Sequence record: NC_054919.1
Length of the DNA: 64,000 nt
Origin: Escherichia phage vB_EcoM_G4507
Direction: 5' to 3' (one strand)
In this document: piece after piece, positions 19,715 through 30,267 of the stretch
How the letters are laid out: each line of letters opens with the position of its first letter
Position numbering within the stretch: the stretch's first letter is position 1
The notes under the pieces: generated by a model
Seen by the model: only the letters and a program-made list of their open reading frames with translations
Databases searched by the model: none
What the model was told of the DNA's origin: nothing
Position numbers and translations under genes: made by a program

Positions 19715-21141
19715 TAAAATTTTAATTCATTTGCCAAAGCATCTAACTGAGCTCGAGCTGATTCGTTTCTTTGATAGCGATTCTGTTCAGCCTGAATCTG
19801 TTGTGAACCTGCTACTTCACTCACTTCAGTTGGAGTAGAATCTTGTTCAATTTCTACCCATTTCTGATTTCCCTTTTGAACACCCATTAAAAACTTATTC
19901 CACTTATTCTTATCGCCATATCGTGATTTGATTTGCTTAATGAGTTGTTGTTCAGCAGCTGCTAGCTCCTCGGTTTCAATGACCGCAAGCATAAAATCAG
20001 CTGTTGCTGGAAGACCAGCAGATTCTGCAATATCGCTCATGTTAACATCAGAAGAGTCCCAAGCTTGCTTACCAACCTGTGCTGCAGTCCAAAGAACAGT
20101 TTCGGTTTCAACAGCAAGAGCACGCAATTCCTCTGCAATAGCTTTAACAGTTGTGTAACTATTTTCTGAATAAACTCTAATGCGGCAAGATTTACAAATA
20201 CCTAGATAGTCGACAATAATGATTGTTGGAACAAAATTCTTCTTGAGCTTTAATTCGTTTAAAAGCGATCGAAATGTATTAGCGTCTGCTCCACCAGTAG
20301 GATACTGTTTAACGATTAAACGGCCGAGAGTAGATTTCTCACGCCATTTTTCCATTTTTCCTTTATACTCAGCGTAAGAAATATGCCCATCATCAATGTC
20401 ATCAAGAGAAACATCAAGCATATTAGCATCAATACGTTTAGCACAGACTTCTTCTGCCATTTCCATGGAAATATAAAGAACGTTATGACCAAGCTGCAAA
20501 TAATCTGCTGCTAATGAACAAAGTCCTAATGATTTACCAACGTTAACGCCAGCCATTAAAACGTTCAGTGTTCCTGTTTCAGCTCCGCCTTTAGTAATTT
20601 TATTTAGAATTTTGAGTCTAAATGGAACCTTACGAGCTTTATTCATATAAGATAGCCAGCGTGCTTCGTAGTCATCCATCCAATCATGACCAACGTAGCT
20701 ATCAAATGAAATTGATAATGCTTGACGCATGATGTCAGGAATAGCACCAACATCCGGCATTTTCTTATTTCGTTTTTCTGGAGGAAGCTCAGCATTAGTT
20801 TGAATTTCAATTATTTTAGACGTAGCATTAAACATCGCCCTTTGCTGAACATATTTTTCTGTTTCTTTTACTAACCAGCTGTGGTCTTCTGGAGAATCAG
20901 CCAGTTTTGAAATAAGTGTTTTTACACCAGAATATTCTGTTTCAGTAAATGAACTATTTTCTAATGCAACATTTAACGCATTAATAGATGGAACGCTATG
21001 GTACTCATTAACATGAGATTTAATTAATTTGAATGTATTTTTAGCTGGACCACTTTCAAAATATTCTGAATCCATATATGGCCAAACTTTTGAAAAATAA
21101 GCTTGATCAAATATAAGATGAGAAAGAATAATTTCTACCAC
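19714..21141 (-). CDS. 41: replicative DNA helicase
   Basis: 475 aa; DnaB-family Walker A GVNVGKS; matches T4 gp41. Confidence 0.93.
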   Translation of the reverse strand: MVEIILSHLIFDQAYFSKVWPYMDSEYFESGPAKNTFKLIKSHVNEYHSVPSINALNVALENSSFTETEYSGVKTLISKLADSPEDHSWLVKETEKYVQQRAMFNATSKIIEIQTNAELPPEKRNKKMPDVGAIPDIMRQALSISFDSYVGHDWMDDYEARWLSYMNKARKVPFRLKILNKITKGGAETGTLNVLMAGVNVGKSLGLCSLAADYLQLGHNVLYISMEMAEEVCAKRIDANMLDVSLDDIDDGHISYAEYKGKMEKWREKSTLGRLIVKQYPTGGADANTFRSLLNELKLKKNFVPTIIIVDYLGICKSCRIRVYSENSYTTVKAIAEELRALAVETETVLWTAAQVGKQAWDSSDVNMSDIAESAGLPATADFMLAVIETEELAAAEQQLIKQIKSRYGDKNKWNKFLMGVQKGNQKWVEIEQDSTPTEVSEVAGSQQIQAEQNRYQRNESARAQLDALANELKF

Positions 21142-21150
21142 ACTTACTCC

Positions 21151-21513
21151 TTAAAAGAATTTAAATTTTTTCTTTGACCTTTTATTAAATGCATCTTGTA
21201 GTTGCATTGTAATACATTTTTCTACATGAGGAGCTAACTCAGCTTTTCTTTCTTGGTCAAGAACAGCAAAGTCCATTACAACCTTTCCATCAACCCAATC
21301 TAATTTTGTCACATACACAATGTGTGTAGAACCATCTTCTAGTTTAATGACAATCTCCTGGATAACATTTTCCATGGCAGATTTAATTATCTTAAGAGAT
21401 TCATTAAAAAGACGTTCTTTTCTTTCTTCTTCCCCCTCTTCGGAGGGGGATTCATCGATAATTTCTAGATCTAAATCTAAATCATCTTTATTCATTAAAT
21501 TCTTCCATATCAC
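21151..21513 (-). CDS. hypothetical acidic protein at gene 40 position
   Basis: 120-aa ORF between uvsX and 41. Confidence 0.55.
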   Translation of the reverse strand: MIWKNLMNKDDLDLDLEIIDESPSEEGEEERKERLFNESLKIIKSAMENVIQEIVIKLEDGSTHIVYVTKLDWVDGKVVMDFAVLDQERKAELAPHVEKCITMQLQDAFNKRSKKKFKFF

Positions 21514-22669
21514 TTAACTGCTCGAGGTCAATTTCTAAATCAGCAGCTGATTTACTTTTACTTTCTGGAGATTTAAATTTTTCAACCTTTGAGTTAATCA
21601 ATTCATCAACTTCAGCTTCAACAATTTCATTACTATCAATAGCACCTAACTGATAAGCGCGTTTAATAGCATCTCGGAATGGTTGATGCTTAAATAAAGG
21701 ACCCCAGAATGTAGTGCAGTTAGTATCTTTTGCACGCCAAGATTTTTCTTCGCGAATCATCTCGCCGGTTTCTTCGTCAAGAAATTCACGAGCATACCAA
21801 CCATTTTTAGGTTTTACTACAAATCCTAATTCTAGAGCCATATCTAACAATCCAGAATAAGGATCGATACCCCCGTCAAATTTAACATCAATAAAGAATT
21901 TACTTTTTTCTTTAACGGTACGAGATTTTTCTACATTTAGAACAAATTGATACCCCTGAAGATCAGAACCATCTTTAATCTGACGCTTACCGATAATGAA
22001 TACAGTATCAGCCGAATACATTACGCCTGTACCGCCTGTCATCACGGTTTTACTAAACATTTCAATTGTTTCAATTGTATGGTTAACCGCAACGCATGGA
22101 ATGTTTTTAATGCTAAAGTAAGGAGTAACAATACGGAATAATGACTTCAGTGATTTAGCACGAGTCATATCTGCCACAGATTTTTCATTTAAGGCATCTT
22201 CCGTTTCTTTCTTAGAAGCCATATTACCAATTGAGTCGATGAATACAATAACCTTTTCACCACGCTCAATAGCTTCAAGCTGGTTCACCATATCAATTTT
22301 CAGCTGTTCAACTGACTGAATCGGCGTATGAATTACTCGTTCCGGGTCAACTCCCATGGATCGCAAATAAGCTGGAGTAATACCAAATTCACTATCATAG
22401 AATAGACAAACCGCGTCAGGATATTTGTTCAAATATGCCGCAACCATAGTCAAAGACATATTTGATTTAAAGTGTTTAGAAGGCCCTGCGAAAATAGTTA
22501 AACCAGACTGCATACCGCCATCAATCGCACCAGAAATAGCAATATTAAGCATTGGGATTTTTGTACGGATTACATCCTTTTCATTAAAGAATTTAGATGT
22601 AGTCAGTTCAGCAGTCATTTTAGAAGTGGAAGCTTTAATCAAACGGGATTTTAAATCTGCGATAGACAT
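21488..22669 (-). CDS. uvsX: RecA-like recombinase UvsX
   Basis: 393 aa; Walker A GPSKHFKS; near-identical to T4 UvsX. Confidence 0.95.
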   Translation of the reverse strand: MSIADLKSRLIKASTSKMTAELTTSKFFNEKDVIRTKIPMLNIAISGAIDGGMQSGLTIFAGPSKHFKSNMSLTMVAAYLNKYPDAVCLFYDSEFGITPAYLRSMGVDPERVIHTPIQSVEQLKIDMVNQLEAIERGEKVIVFIDSIGNMASKKETEDALNEKSVADMTRAKSLKSLFRIVTPYFSIKNIPCVAVNHTIETIEMFSKTVMTGGTGVMYSADTVFIIGKRQIKDGSDLQGYQFVLNVEKSRTVKEKSKFFIDVKFDGGIDPYSGLLDMALELGFVVKPKNGWYAREFLDEETGEMIREEKSWRAKDTNCTTFWGPLFKHQPFRDAIKRAYQLGAIDSNEIVEAEVDELINSKVEKFKSPESKSKSAADLEIDLEQLSDMEEFNE

Positions 22670-22746
22670 TCATTTTTTCCATAGGCATCATTATATTTTC
22701 CTCACTGGTTAAAGATAAAGTAATTATAACACAATAAATTTAGGCA

Positions 22747-23595
22747 TTAATCAACTGCTATCGGATGAATAGCATTAAACTTATGAAATGCTTCTGATTT
22801 TTCTTTACGTGAAACACACATGCGAAGAACCTTTAATGGCTCATCTTCTTCACCCAACGATTTTCGTTTTTCAATATTCGATGTTTTCCAACGAGCTTGT
22901 TCTGGAAACTCTCTATTGATTTGCTCAAGCGCTCTATTATGTTTAGAATTACTACGAATTGAACTGCACCCGCCAGGAGCTTGTGCTTTTCCAGATACAA
23001 CCAGATATTTGAACAAGGCCAAATGCGGATAACCTTGATTAATTAAATTGAGAAATGCATACATATCTTCGCACAAATCAATTTTTCCATACCCAATTTT
23101 TTCTGTCGTAAGTTTTCCGAGGTCATACCATGTATTCGTGAATCCATATGAATTTTCACGATAATTACCCCAAGATGAAGTAATTTTAAAAATAGGTAGA
23201 CGAGCATGACCATGATAATACCCGCAATCCATGGCATCCTCAACATATTGAATCAATTCATAGAACTGTTCACGAGTTAATTGATTAATTTTATCTACAC
23301 AACGACGATCATCTCTTTTTCGCATTGAACTCATACGAATAGTAGTATCATCGTCAATCATCCAGATTCGTTGACCTGCATACATATCAGTAATTGCTTT
23401 ACGAGTACCGGCAATTCCGTTTACATCATCAGGAATAGTTATAATTTTAGCTCTAGACCCATAAGCGTCATGATAAGCTTTTTCTTCATGTTCACGCACT
23501 ACAATATGGGGTTCATAATCAGTCGGAAACATATCAAGGGCAGAAACTGCCCCGACACGCTGATAACTTGGAATTACGAATTGAATCATTTCCAC
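22747..23595 (-). CDS. GT-A-like glycosyltransferase at the beta-gt locus
   Basis: 282 aa; DXD-type motif IWMIDDDTTI; between uvsX and 42. Confidence 0.65.
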   Translation of the reverse strand: MEMIQFVIPSYQRVGAVSALDMFPTDYEPHIVVREHEEKAYHDAYGSRAKIITIPDDVNGIAGTRKAITDMYAGQRIWMIDDDTTIRMSSMRKRDDRRCVDKINQLTREQFYELIQYVEDAMDCGYYHGHARLPIFKITSSWGNYRENSYGFTNTWYDLGKLTTEKIGYGKIDLCEDMYAFLNLINQGYPHLALFKYLVVSGKAQAPGGCSSIRSNSKHNRALEQINREFPEQARWKTSNIEKRKSLGEEDEPLKVLRMCVSRKEKSEAFHKFNAIHPIAVD

Positions 23596-24326
23596 TCACC
23601 GTTATAATCTTTTTTCACAATATGAGTTTCGCCAGTATTCCACCAATGATCAACCAAGTAAAAATGACGAGAATATACATGAAGACTTCCAACATTCCAT
23701 ATAATAGAACCTGCTTTATACTGACGAGTTGAATCGCCTGCATTCAAATCAGATACTAATTTATCTAATACGTATTTTTGCCATGCATAATCATTACGGA
23801 ATCCGAAGACCACGTCATTTGAGCGCATGCTTACTACTGCATTGACTTTCTTATCACGAATCAGATACTGTACTGTATTCGTACACATGAAATCTGACAT
23901 ACCATCTTTATTGTAGTCAAATTGCATGGATGGACGAGTATAAATCATGATACCACGTCGAGAATCAGGATTTTGACCAAGTTCAGCTAAACACATATCA
24001 TACTGGGCATAGTTATCTTCTGACCAAATAGCCCAACCATAATTCGAGTTAATTTCGCCTTTAGAAGATGCTACTTGTTGCCAAATCTTCGGTGTTTCAC
24101 CCGGAATATCTTTAACGAACAAGCTCTTAGATTTATACCATTCAAGTTCACGCTGAATGTATTCATCATTAAGAGCGCCAAAAATAAACGGTTCATCTGC
24201 TACAAATGATGCGCCAATAATTTCAATAGTTTTAACACCAGTTTTATCAACTACGAAATCTTTTTCTTTTAATGCAAGCCCCAAATGAAGACGGATTTCT
24301 TCAACTGTCATAGAGTCACTAATCAT
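23586..24326 (-). CDS. 42: dCMP hydroxymethylase
   Basis: 246 aa; thymidylate-synthase-like fold; matches T4 gp42. Confidence 0.93.
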   Translation of the reverse strand: MISDSMTVEEIRLHLGLALKEKDFVVDKTGVKTIEIIGASFVADEPFIFGALNDEYIQRELEWYKSKSLFVKDIPGETPKIWQQVASSKGEINSNYGWAIWSEDNYAQYDMCLAELGQNPDSRRGIMIYTRPSMQFDYNKDGMSDFMCTNTVQYLIRDKKVNAVVSMRSNDVVFGFRNDYAWQKYVLDKLVSDLNAGDSTRQYKAGSIIWNVGSLHVYSRHFYLVDHWWNTGETHIVKKDYNGEWK

Positions 24327-24476
24327 TTAAACCTCAATTGATACATTCATATTTAACTTGTAACAGTAATAAGCTCCAACCTAAAATAATAGTTGGAATC
24401 ATAAGAGGAACCGTTACACTATAGTATATACTTATAATCATCAAGATTAAAAGCAACACTGCTATAATTTTGCTTT

Positions 24477-24728
24477 TCATTCCTTCTCTCTGATGATAAT
24501 TACTTGATTTGGTTGTGCAGACTTTTTAGTTTCACCAGCAATTGACCAAATAAATGTAATAAACCAACCAATAATTGACCAGTTAAACAGTAAAGATGTG
24601 AAAAAGATTCCTACTGTCGATTTTGACCCACGCATCAAGGCAATAAACCATGGAAGCATGTATATAATAATAGCCAACACACCTGAAACTAAAACCATAA
24701 AAATTGAACCTGCTACTAAAGTTTCCAT
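24477..24728 (-). CDS. imm: superinfection immunity membrane protein Imm
   Basis: 83 aa, two TM segments; matches T4 Imm. Confidence 0.9.
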   Translation of the reverse strand: METLVAGSIFMVLVSGVLAIIIYMLPWFIALMRGSKSTVGIFFTSLLFNWSIIGWFITFIWSIAGETKKSAQPNQVIIIREKE

Positions 24729-24735
24729 GTTTTCC

Positions 24736-25116
24736 TCACTTAGTCAAATTTTTTACACATGAATTATAAGAATTCACTACATACTCCATCGGAGCATTTT
24801 TACCGGTACGCCATTGGTAATTATTAGCCCAATTTGCCCAAAGCTCGGCGCAGTAGTTTTCAATTTTTTCTTCGCGTGTAATTACATCCGAATTACGATA
24901 TACTTGAGCAGATTCATCTGGACGAATAGCTTCGTCAAAATTTGCCTGCATTTGTTCTACTGTTTGCTTTGGAGCTTCTTTATAACACTTGACATTAGGA
25001 TTATAAAATTTGCTTGAACAGTTTACAATTTTTCCTACATCAGACTGATTTACTACCGGTCCTTGAGCTACACAACCAGTAAGACCTAATGCAATAACCA
25101 AAATAGCGATTTTCAT
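24736..25116 (-). CDS. putative lipoprotein (imm.1-like)
   Basis: 126 aa; signal peptide with lipobox LTGC. Confidence 0.65.
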   Translation of the reverse strand: MKIAILVIALGLTGCVAQGPVVNQSDVGKIVNCSSKFYNPNVKCYKEAPKQTVEQMQANFDEAIRPDESAQVYRNSDVITREEKIENYCAELWANWANNYQWRTGKNAPMEYVVNSYNSCVKNLTK

Positions 25117-25126
25117 AATAATTTCC

Positions 25127-25363
25127 TCAAATGCAAGTAGTAATTACTCCAGTAGTGCTTATGCAGATATTACCCATTTGCACACCTAAAGACCCATTTG
25201 TATTCACATGAAGATTATCATCAATTTTAACTGATATTTTACCATTAGTGTGAATAACGGTGCTAGATTCAATCACAGGTTGAGTATCATTTTCAACACT
25301 AACAAATGGAACTGCTGCTAATGCAACTAAACAAACTGCTAAGCATCCCATAACAATTTTCAT
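25127..25363 (-). CDS. small secreted protein
   Basis: Track start is TTG; ATG at codon 5 after GGAG RBS; signal peptide. Confidence 0.55.
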   Translation of the reverse strand: MKIVMGCLAVCLVALAAVPFVSVENDTQPVIESSTVIHTNGKISVKIDDNLHVNTNGSLGVQMGNICISTTGVITTCI

Positions 25364-25400
25364 TTTATTCTCCAAATCTGTATCAGTAGTTGATAGTTGT

Positions 25401-25430
25401 ATAGTACCATGGAAGAACAGTCTTGTAAAC
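25401..25430 (-). promoter_or_regulatory. early-type promoter (GTTTAC -35, TACTAT -10)
   Basis: Upstream of 25127..25363; coordinates +/-1. Confidence 0.55.
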
Positions 25431-25508
25431 AGTTTTGTGAAAATTTTTTAGGGAATTCTAAAGGTCCAGAATCATCTGTTTTTCATAAGTATAGATTTAT
25501 ATTACTTG

Positions 25509-25533
25509 TATGAAAAAGGGACCCGGAGGTCCC
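25509..25533 (-). terminator. intrinsic terminator after gene 43
   Basis: Hairpin GGGACC-cgga-GGTCCC followed by U-tract. Confidence 0.6.
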
Positions 25534-25546
25534 TAGATTTATTCTA

Positions 25547-28243
25547 TCAGCCAAACAGGAAGTCTAACGAAGCTTTTTCTTCATAGTCCATACCAGCCGA
25601 TTCACACATGCCTGCAAGCGGTTTAACAAACGATTTTTGGAACAAAGTTGAGTAGTCAATCCAAGACAGTACGTCAGAACGAATTTCTTTTGGAAGTTCT
25701 GTGCCCGACGGCCAAGCAATGCACTTGTCACCAAATGGATTTCCCTCACGTAATGGAAGAACCATTACCTTATTTCCATCCAAAATTGGAGCTACACCTA
25801 AACCGTTAACAGCTCGACGATAAGTTAGCACCCCACGAATATGGAACGGGCATTTAAATCCTGGCCAACCTTTATCATCATATTTCGCTATATCGTTCGC
25901 AGTTTTTACTTCAGCAATAACTTTATAGTCAAGTTGACGATATTCTTTCTCGAAGTTCTTGTAATATTCTTGGACAGACTCTTCACCTTCCTGAAGAATA
26001 CGACGAATACTTTCTTCGAGAGCTTCTTGCACTGCCTTTGGTGTTGAACTCTGCTGAGTTTCCATACCCATGATTTTTAGATGCGGTTCAGCAAATCGCT
26101 TATCTTCCATATCATAAACGTTCAGAGCATAACGCTTTTTCGCTTTCCAAAATCCACCAACGCCCTTTGAACCAAGCGGAGGGCAAGAAATAGCTTCACG
26201 GTCCATATGCATCAGATGCTCGCGGTTATTCATATAATCACATAACTCACGATATGCAACATCAATCATAGGTTCCATCTTTTTCTTACCGAACTGATTC
26301 ATGAATTCAACTAAATCGTTCTGCTCTTTGAATCGGTCAAGACCAACTTTTTCAATAACTTTATCTACACAAACATATACCGAATCAGTATCACCTGCTG
26401 CAATGAAATCTTCACCATTAGTTCCGCATACTTTATTCAGATATTCATTAATTTTACGAGCAATCCACTGAATACCAACTTGGCCGAAAATTGTGATAGC
26501 AGTAGCATTTCGCAAATCATAGTAACGGAAATGAATATTACCAAGAGCACCATAAAGACTGTTAATAAGAATTTTACGGTTCAGCTGATTTGTGTTAGCA
26601 AGTGTAGCCGCTTTTTCGCATTCCTCAATCAGACTATTGAGAACAGATTCAGTATAATTCGATAGTTCATTTAAGAAATCATCACTGAACTTAACATATC
26701 GTTCAACTTCTGGTTTAGTTGAACAGGACCCTGCGCCTTTCATAATAATCTTTTTAATAGCTTCGGCATTCATTTCTTCAGCGAACATTTTCTTTTTCCA
26801 ATCTTTACGCTGGAAAAATACTTTAGCGATTTCCTTTGGAATGATACCTTCTTGATGCTTATCATACATCCATCCATTCGGAGAACAAGAATATTCATCA
26901 CTCGGTTTAGGAGCTGTTCCTGCGATATATTCATGAATTGGATGAACTTTAAACTGCCCACGAATAGTCTCAGGACTAATGTTAACCTGACGAATAATGC
27001 TCGGATACAGAGACGTCAAGTCAAAACTCATAATATATCGACGAGCAATTGGTTTAGGTTCAAATACAAATGCACCCGGAAAACTTTGTTTAACGTGCGA
27101 ACCTTGTTGAGGAATAACCTTGTGTTCACCTTTCAATGAGTTAAAAATAATAGCATCCCAAGTTTTAATAGGACTCATTACACCAGAAAAAGGCATTTTA
27201 GCGTAATAAGACATACTTAAAACTAGATCGATAAACCCGCGAATTTTATCAATTGCTTGAACTGATTCTACGTCAATGATGTTATAACTAATGTATCGTT
27301 GATGATTAGTCTCACGAAGTTTATTAATAGGACCGTCGTATGGTAATTTACCTTTTTTGGTTTCATGTTGAGCAACTGATTCCAAAGAGAATGACGGCAA
27401 ATTAGTAAAAGCGAATTTCTTGTACAAATCTAAATAATCAAGAATAGATACGCCATCAATAGAATAAATTTCTTTGCTACCGTACATATTTTGAATTAGT
27501 TTAGATTTTACTCGACCGATTGGAGAGAAGCGTTTCATACTGCGTTCACCTAGAATCATTTTAACACGATTCATGATATACGGAACGTCAAACCCCTCAA
27601 TATTCCAACCAGTAAAAATAGCAGGTCGTTTCTGTTCCCAGAGATTAATATATTCCATGAGCATATCACGCTCATTATCGAATGGCATATAAATTACTCG
27701 GTCAAGAATTTCTTGAGGAACTTCATCACCACCTTCACAGTCAAGCTTAGCAGCTAACTTTGCATCCCATTTTGATACTGAACCGTACATTGAATTCAAA
27801 AGGTCGAAAACATAAAAACGGTCATCAATTGAATCGTAATGAGTGATAGCATCAATTTCATATTCAGCTTTCATTGGGTCAGGAAATTTATCACCAGTAA
27901 CCTCAATGTCACAGTTAGCTACACGAACAAATTTTCGGTCATAAACAATTTCTGAACCATACGTATCACTGATATAAGCGAGTTTAAAATCGTTCATACC
28001 GAGAGCTTCGAGACCGATGTCTTCCATTCGCTTCATCCAATCTCGAGCATCTTTCATTGATGGAAATTTTTGAGGAGCGCAATTTTTACCATAAATGTCT
28101 TTGTATTTTGACTCTTCCTTACAATGCCTAAACATAGTCGGAAGATATTCTACTTCACGAGTACGTTCCTTTCCGTTTTCATCAATATAACGTTCAACAA
28201 TGTTATTTCCGACTGTTTCAATAGAGATATAAAATTCTTTCAT
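25547..28243 (-). CDS. 43: DNA polymerase (family B) with 3'-5' exonuclease
   Basis: 898 aa; polymerase motifs DxxSLYPS and GDTDS; matches T4 gp43. Confidence 0.96.
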   Translation of the reverse strand: MKEFYISIETVGNNIVERYIDENGKERTREVEYLPTMFRHCKEESKYKDIYGKNCAPQKFPSMKDARDWMKRMEDIGLEALGMNDFKLAYISDTYGSEIVYDRKFVRVANCDIEVTGDKFPDPMKAEYEIDAITHYDSIDDRFYVFDLLNSMYGSVSKWDAKLAAKLDCEGGDEVPQEILDRVIYMPFDNERDMLMEYINLWEQKRPAIFTGWNIEGFDVPYIMNRVKMILGERSMKRFSPIGRVKSKLIQNMYGSKEIYSIDGVSILDYLDLYKKFAFTNLPSFSLESVAQHETKKGKLPYDGPINKLRETNHQRYISYNIIDVESVQAIDKIRGFIDLVLSMSYYAKMPFSGVMSPIKTWDAIIFNSLKGEHKVIPQQGSHVKQSFPGAFVFEPKPIARRYIMSFDLTSLYPSIIRQVNISPETIRGQFKVHPIHEYIAGTAPKPSDEYSCSPNGWMYDKHQEGIIPKEIAKVFFQRKDWKKKMFAEEMNAEAIKKIIMKGAGSCSTKPEVERYVKFSDDFLNELSNYTESVLNSLIEECEKAATLANTNQLNRKILINSLYGALGNIHFRYYDLRNATAITIFGQVGIQWIARKINEYLNKVCGTNGEDFIAAGDTDSVYVCVDKVIEKVGLDRFKEQNDLVEFMNQFGKKKMEPMIDVAYRELCDYMNNREHLMHMDREAISCPPLGSKGVGGFWKAKKRYALNVYDMEDKRFAEPHLKIMGMETQQSSTPKAVQEALEESIRRILQEGEESVQEYYKNFEKEYRQLDYKVIAEVKTANDIAKYDDKGWPGFKCPFHIRGVLTYRRAVNGLGVAPILDGNKVMVLPLREGNPFGDKCIAWPSGTELPKEIRSDVLSWIDYSTLFQKSFVKPLAGMCESAGMDYEEKASLDFLFG

Positions 28244-28303
28244 AGATATTCCTTAGTTTATAGCCCGAGTTATTAGGCTCTTGATATATTATACTCCAAT
28301 TAA

Positions 28304-28317
28304 GGGGCCGAAGCCCC
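28304..28317 (-). terminator. GC hairpin (GGGGC-cgaa-GCCCC) between regA and 43, followed by TATAAT
   Basis: Read from sequence; weak U-tract. Confidence 0.45.
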
Positions 28318-28321
28318 TTGC

Positions 28322-28690
28322 TTAATTACCAATCGTATATTTAGGAACGAGTTTCCATTCATGTTTTTGTTTAAAAGAAATAACTCGGAAGTTATTAGTT
28401 AAATCTTTCATAAAAGTTCTTTGACCAGGAACGATTTCAATCAGTCCCCAATCTTCTAATAGCCATGCAATCGAATCACGACGAACTTCATCTTCTTCTG
28501 TCATTTCAACTTGGCGACCATCCATACGAAGCATTTCTTTAAAATGAACGATATAGTATAGTCCTTTTTTCTGAAGAATATGACAGGACTGATACAGAAC
28601 TTTATCTTTATTATTAGCAATTCCCATACGAGTCAAAGTTTCTTTTACTTTCAGAAAATCTTCAGGTTTTTTAAGAGTAATTTCAATCAT
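28322..28690 (-). CDS. regA: translational repressor RegA
   Basis: 122 aa, MIEITLKKPEDFLKVKETLTRMGIANN matches T4 RegA. Confidence 0.93.
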   Translation of the reverse strand: MIEITLKKPEDFLKVKETLTRMGIANNKDKVLYQSCHILQKKGLYYIVHFKEMLRMDGRQVEMTEEDEVRRDSIAWLLEDWGLIEIVPGQRTFMKDLTNNFRVISFKQKHEWKLVPKYTIGN

Positions 28691-28691
28691 T

Positions 28692-29255
28692 TTACCATTC
28701 CAATGCTAGTTTTTTGAGTTGTTTCTGTTCTTTTACGTTCTTAGTCACTTCTTTCAAAAAATCATCCGTGACTAATCCTTTAAGTTCTTTTAATACTAAA
28801 GGTAGTTTTCCATTTTTAGTAAGAATTGATTTATAGTTAATTGCATCATTTGTATTAACTTGATACCGCTTAGCAAGTAACTTAATAATCAATACTTCGG
28901 TGGAATCTTCAACCAGTTTTGCCCATTTACCATATCTTTTACCACGAGGAACTGCAGCCATTAGATAATTAAAATGAGCTTCATCACTTAAGCCTGATCC
29001 AATTAAATTCATAGCATATACAGCTGGCATGCACTCTGGAAATTGTGATAATGCATTTTCGACCATGAATTTTGAATAATCTTTTTGAGCAATAGAGCAT
29101 TTAGTTTTATTATTGATAGCTCCAATTATTTCAAAAAATTCATTTTCAGCTTTTTCTTTAAAAGAATCAGCAGCGGATTGGACAGCTGTCCAATCTTTTG
29201 AATACCAAGCAACTTGATGCTCGTTTAATTGAATATCATCTTCAAATAAGCTCAT
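28692..29255 (-). CDS. 62: clamp loader small subunit
   Basis: Start at [10 protein letters not shown] (track ORF 7 codons longer); 187 aa as in T4. Confidence 0.88.
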   Translation of the reverse strand: MSLFEDDIQLNEHQVAWYSKDWTAVQSAADSFKEKAENEFFEIIGAINNKTKCSIAQKDYSKFMVENALSQFPECMPAVYAMNLIGSGLSDEAHFNYLMAAVPRGKRYGKWAKLVEDSTEVLIIKLLAKRYQVNTNDAINYKSILTKNGKLPLVLKELKGLVTDDFLKEVTKNVKEQKQLKKLALEW

Positions 29256-29256
29256 A

Positions 29257-30216
29257 TCACTTCCACTGCATTTCACATGCTAATTGAATGAAAAGATAAG
29301 CTAAATGTAATTCAGTGTTAGCTGCAATACCATGATACTGATTATTTTCGCCGACAATTTCGTACATACGAATAATACTCTGTGGAGTTACACGTGAATA
29401 GATTTCTTCGGCAAGTTTACCCACGAACCACGAATAATCGGCTGCATATTTTGGTGCTAAAGCTCTGAGTTGTTTAACATCTTTATTTTTGAGAGACTCA
29501 AGAACATCATCAATAGCGCCACGATCGTTAGTAACCAGTGATAAAATACCAGCATCCAAAACACCTTTAGATGAATAACTATCGAGCTCGCCAATAGTTT
29601 TACGAAAATCAGGAAAATTCTTTTTAACCAAAGCTGCTACAACTTTCATATCAGCTATAGCAATTCCTTCATGCTTACAGATTTCAGTCAATCGACGAAT
29701 CATCTGCTTCATCATTTCAATTTTATCTTCATCGGTCGGTTGACCGAATGTAATAACTCGGCAGCGTGACTGAAGCGGTTTAATAATACCATCAATATTG
29801 TTAGCAGTAATAATAATACTACAGTTTGAACTATAAGCTTCCATAAATGAACGAAGATGTCGCTGAGACTCTGCTAGCCCTGAACGGTCAAATTCATCAA
29901 TAACGATTACTTTTTGACGACCATCAAATGAAGCTGCACTGGCAAAATTAGTCAAAGGACCACGAACGAAATCAATTTTACAATCTGATCCATTCACAAA
30001 CATCATATCAGCATTTACATCATGACACAATGCTTTTGCTACAGTTGTTTTACCTGTTCCTGGAGAAGGAGAATGAAGAATAATATGTGGAATCTTACCT
30101 TTACTTGTAATAGATTTAAAGGTTTCTTTATCAAAGGCGGGAAGAATACATTCATCGATAGTAGATGGACGATATTTCTGTTCAAGAATGTGTTCTTTTT
30201 CATTTACGGTAATCAT
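29257..30216 (-). CDS. 44: clamp loader large subunit (AAA+)
   Basis: Start at MITVNEKEH after GAGGA RBS (track start is TTG); Walker A GTGKTT; 319 aa. Confidence 0.92.
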
Positions 30217-30251
30217 AATTTCCTCATTCAAGTTTTAGTGTAAATTATAAA

Positions 30252-30263
30252 GGGCCGAAGCCC
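30252..30263 (-). terminator. GC hairpin (GGGC-cgaa-GCCC) after gene 45
   Basis: Flanked by A/T runs on both strands. Confidence 0.5.
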
Positions 30264-30267
30264 TTTA

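Noticed and set aside
24331-24480. Possible small hydrophobic ORF between imm and gene 42
   Set aside because: Careful translation gives only ~20 codons before a stop; the region is more likely promoter/leader for gene 42.
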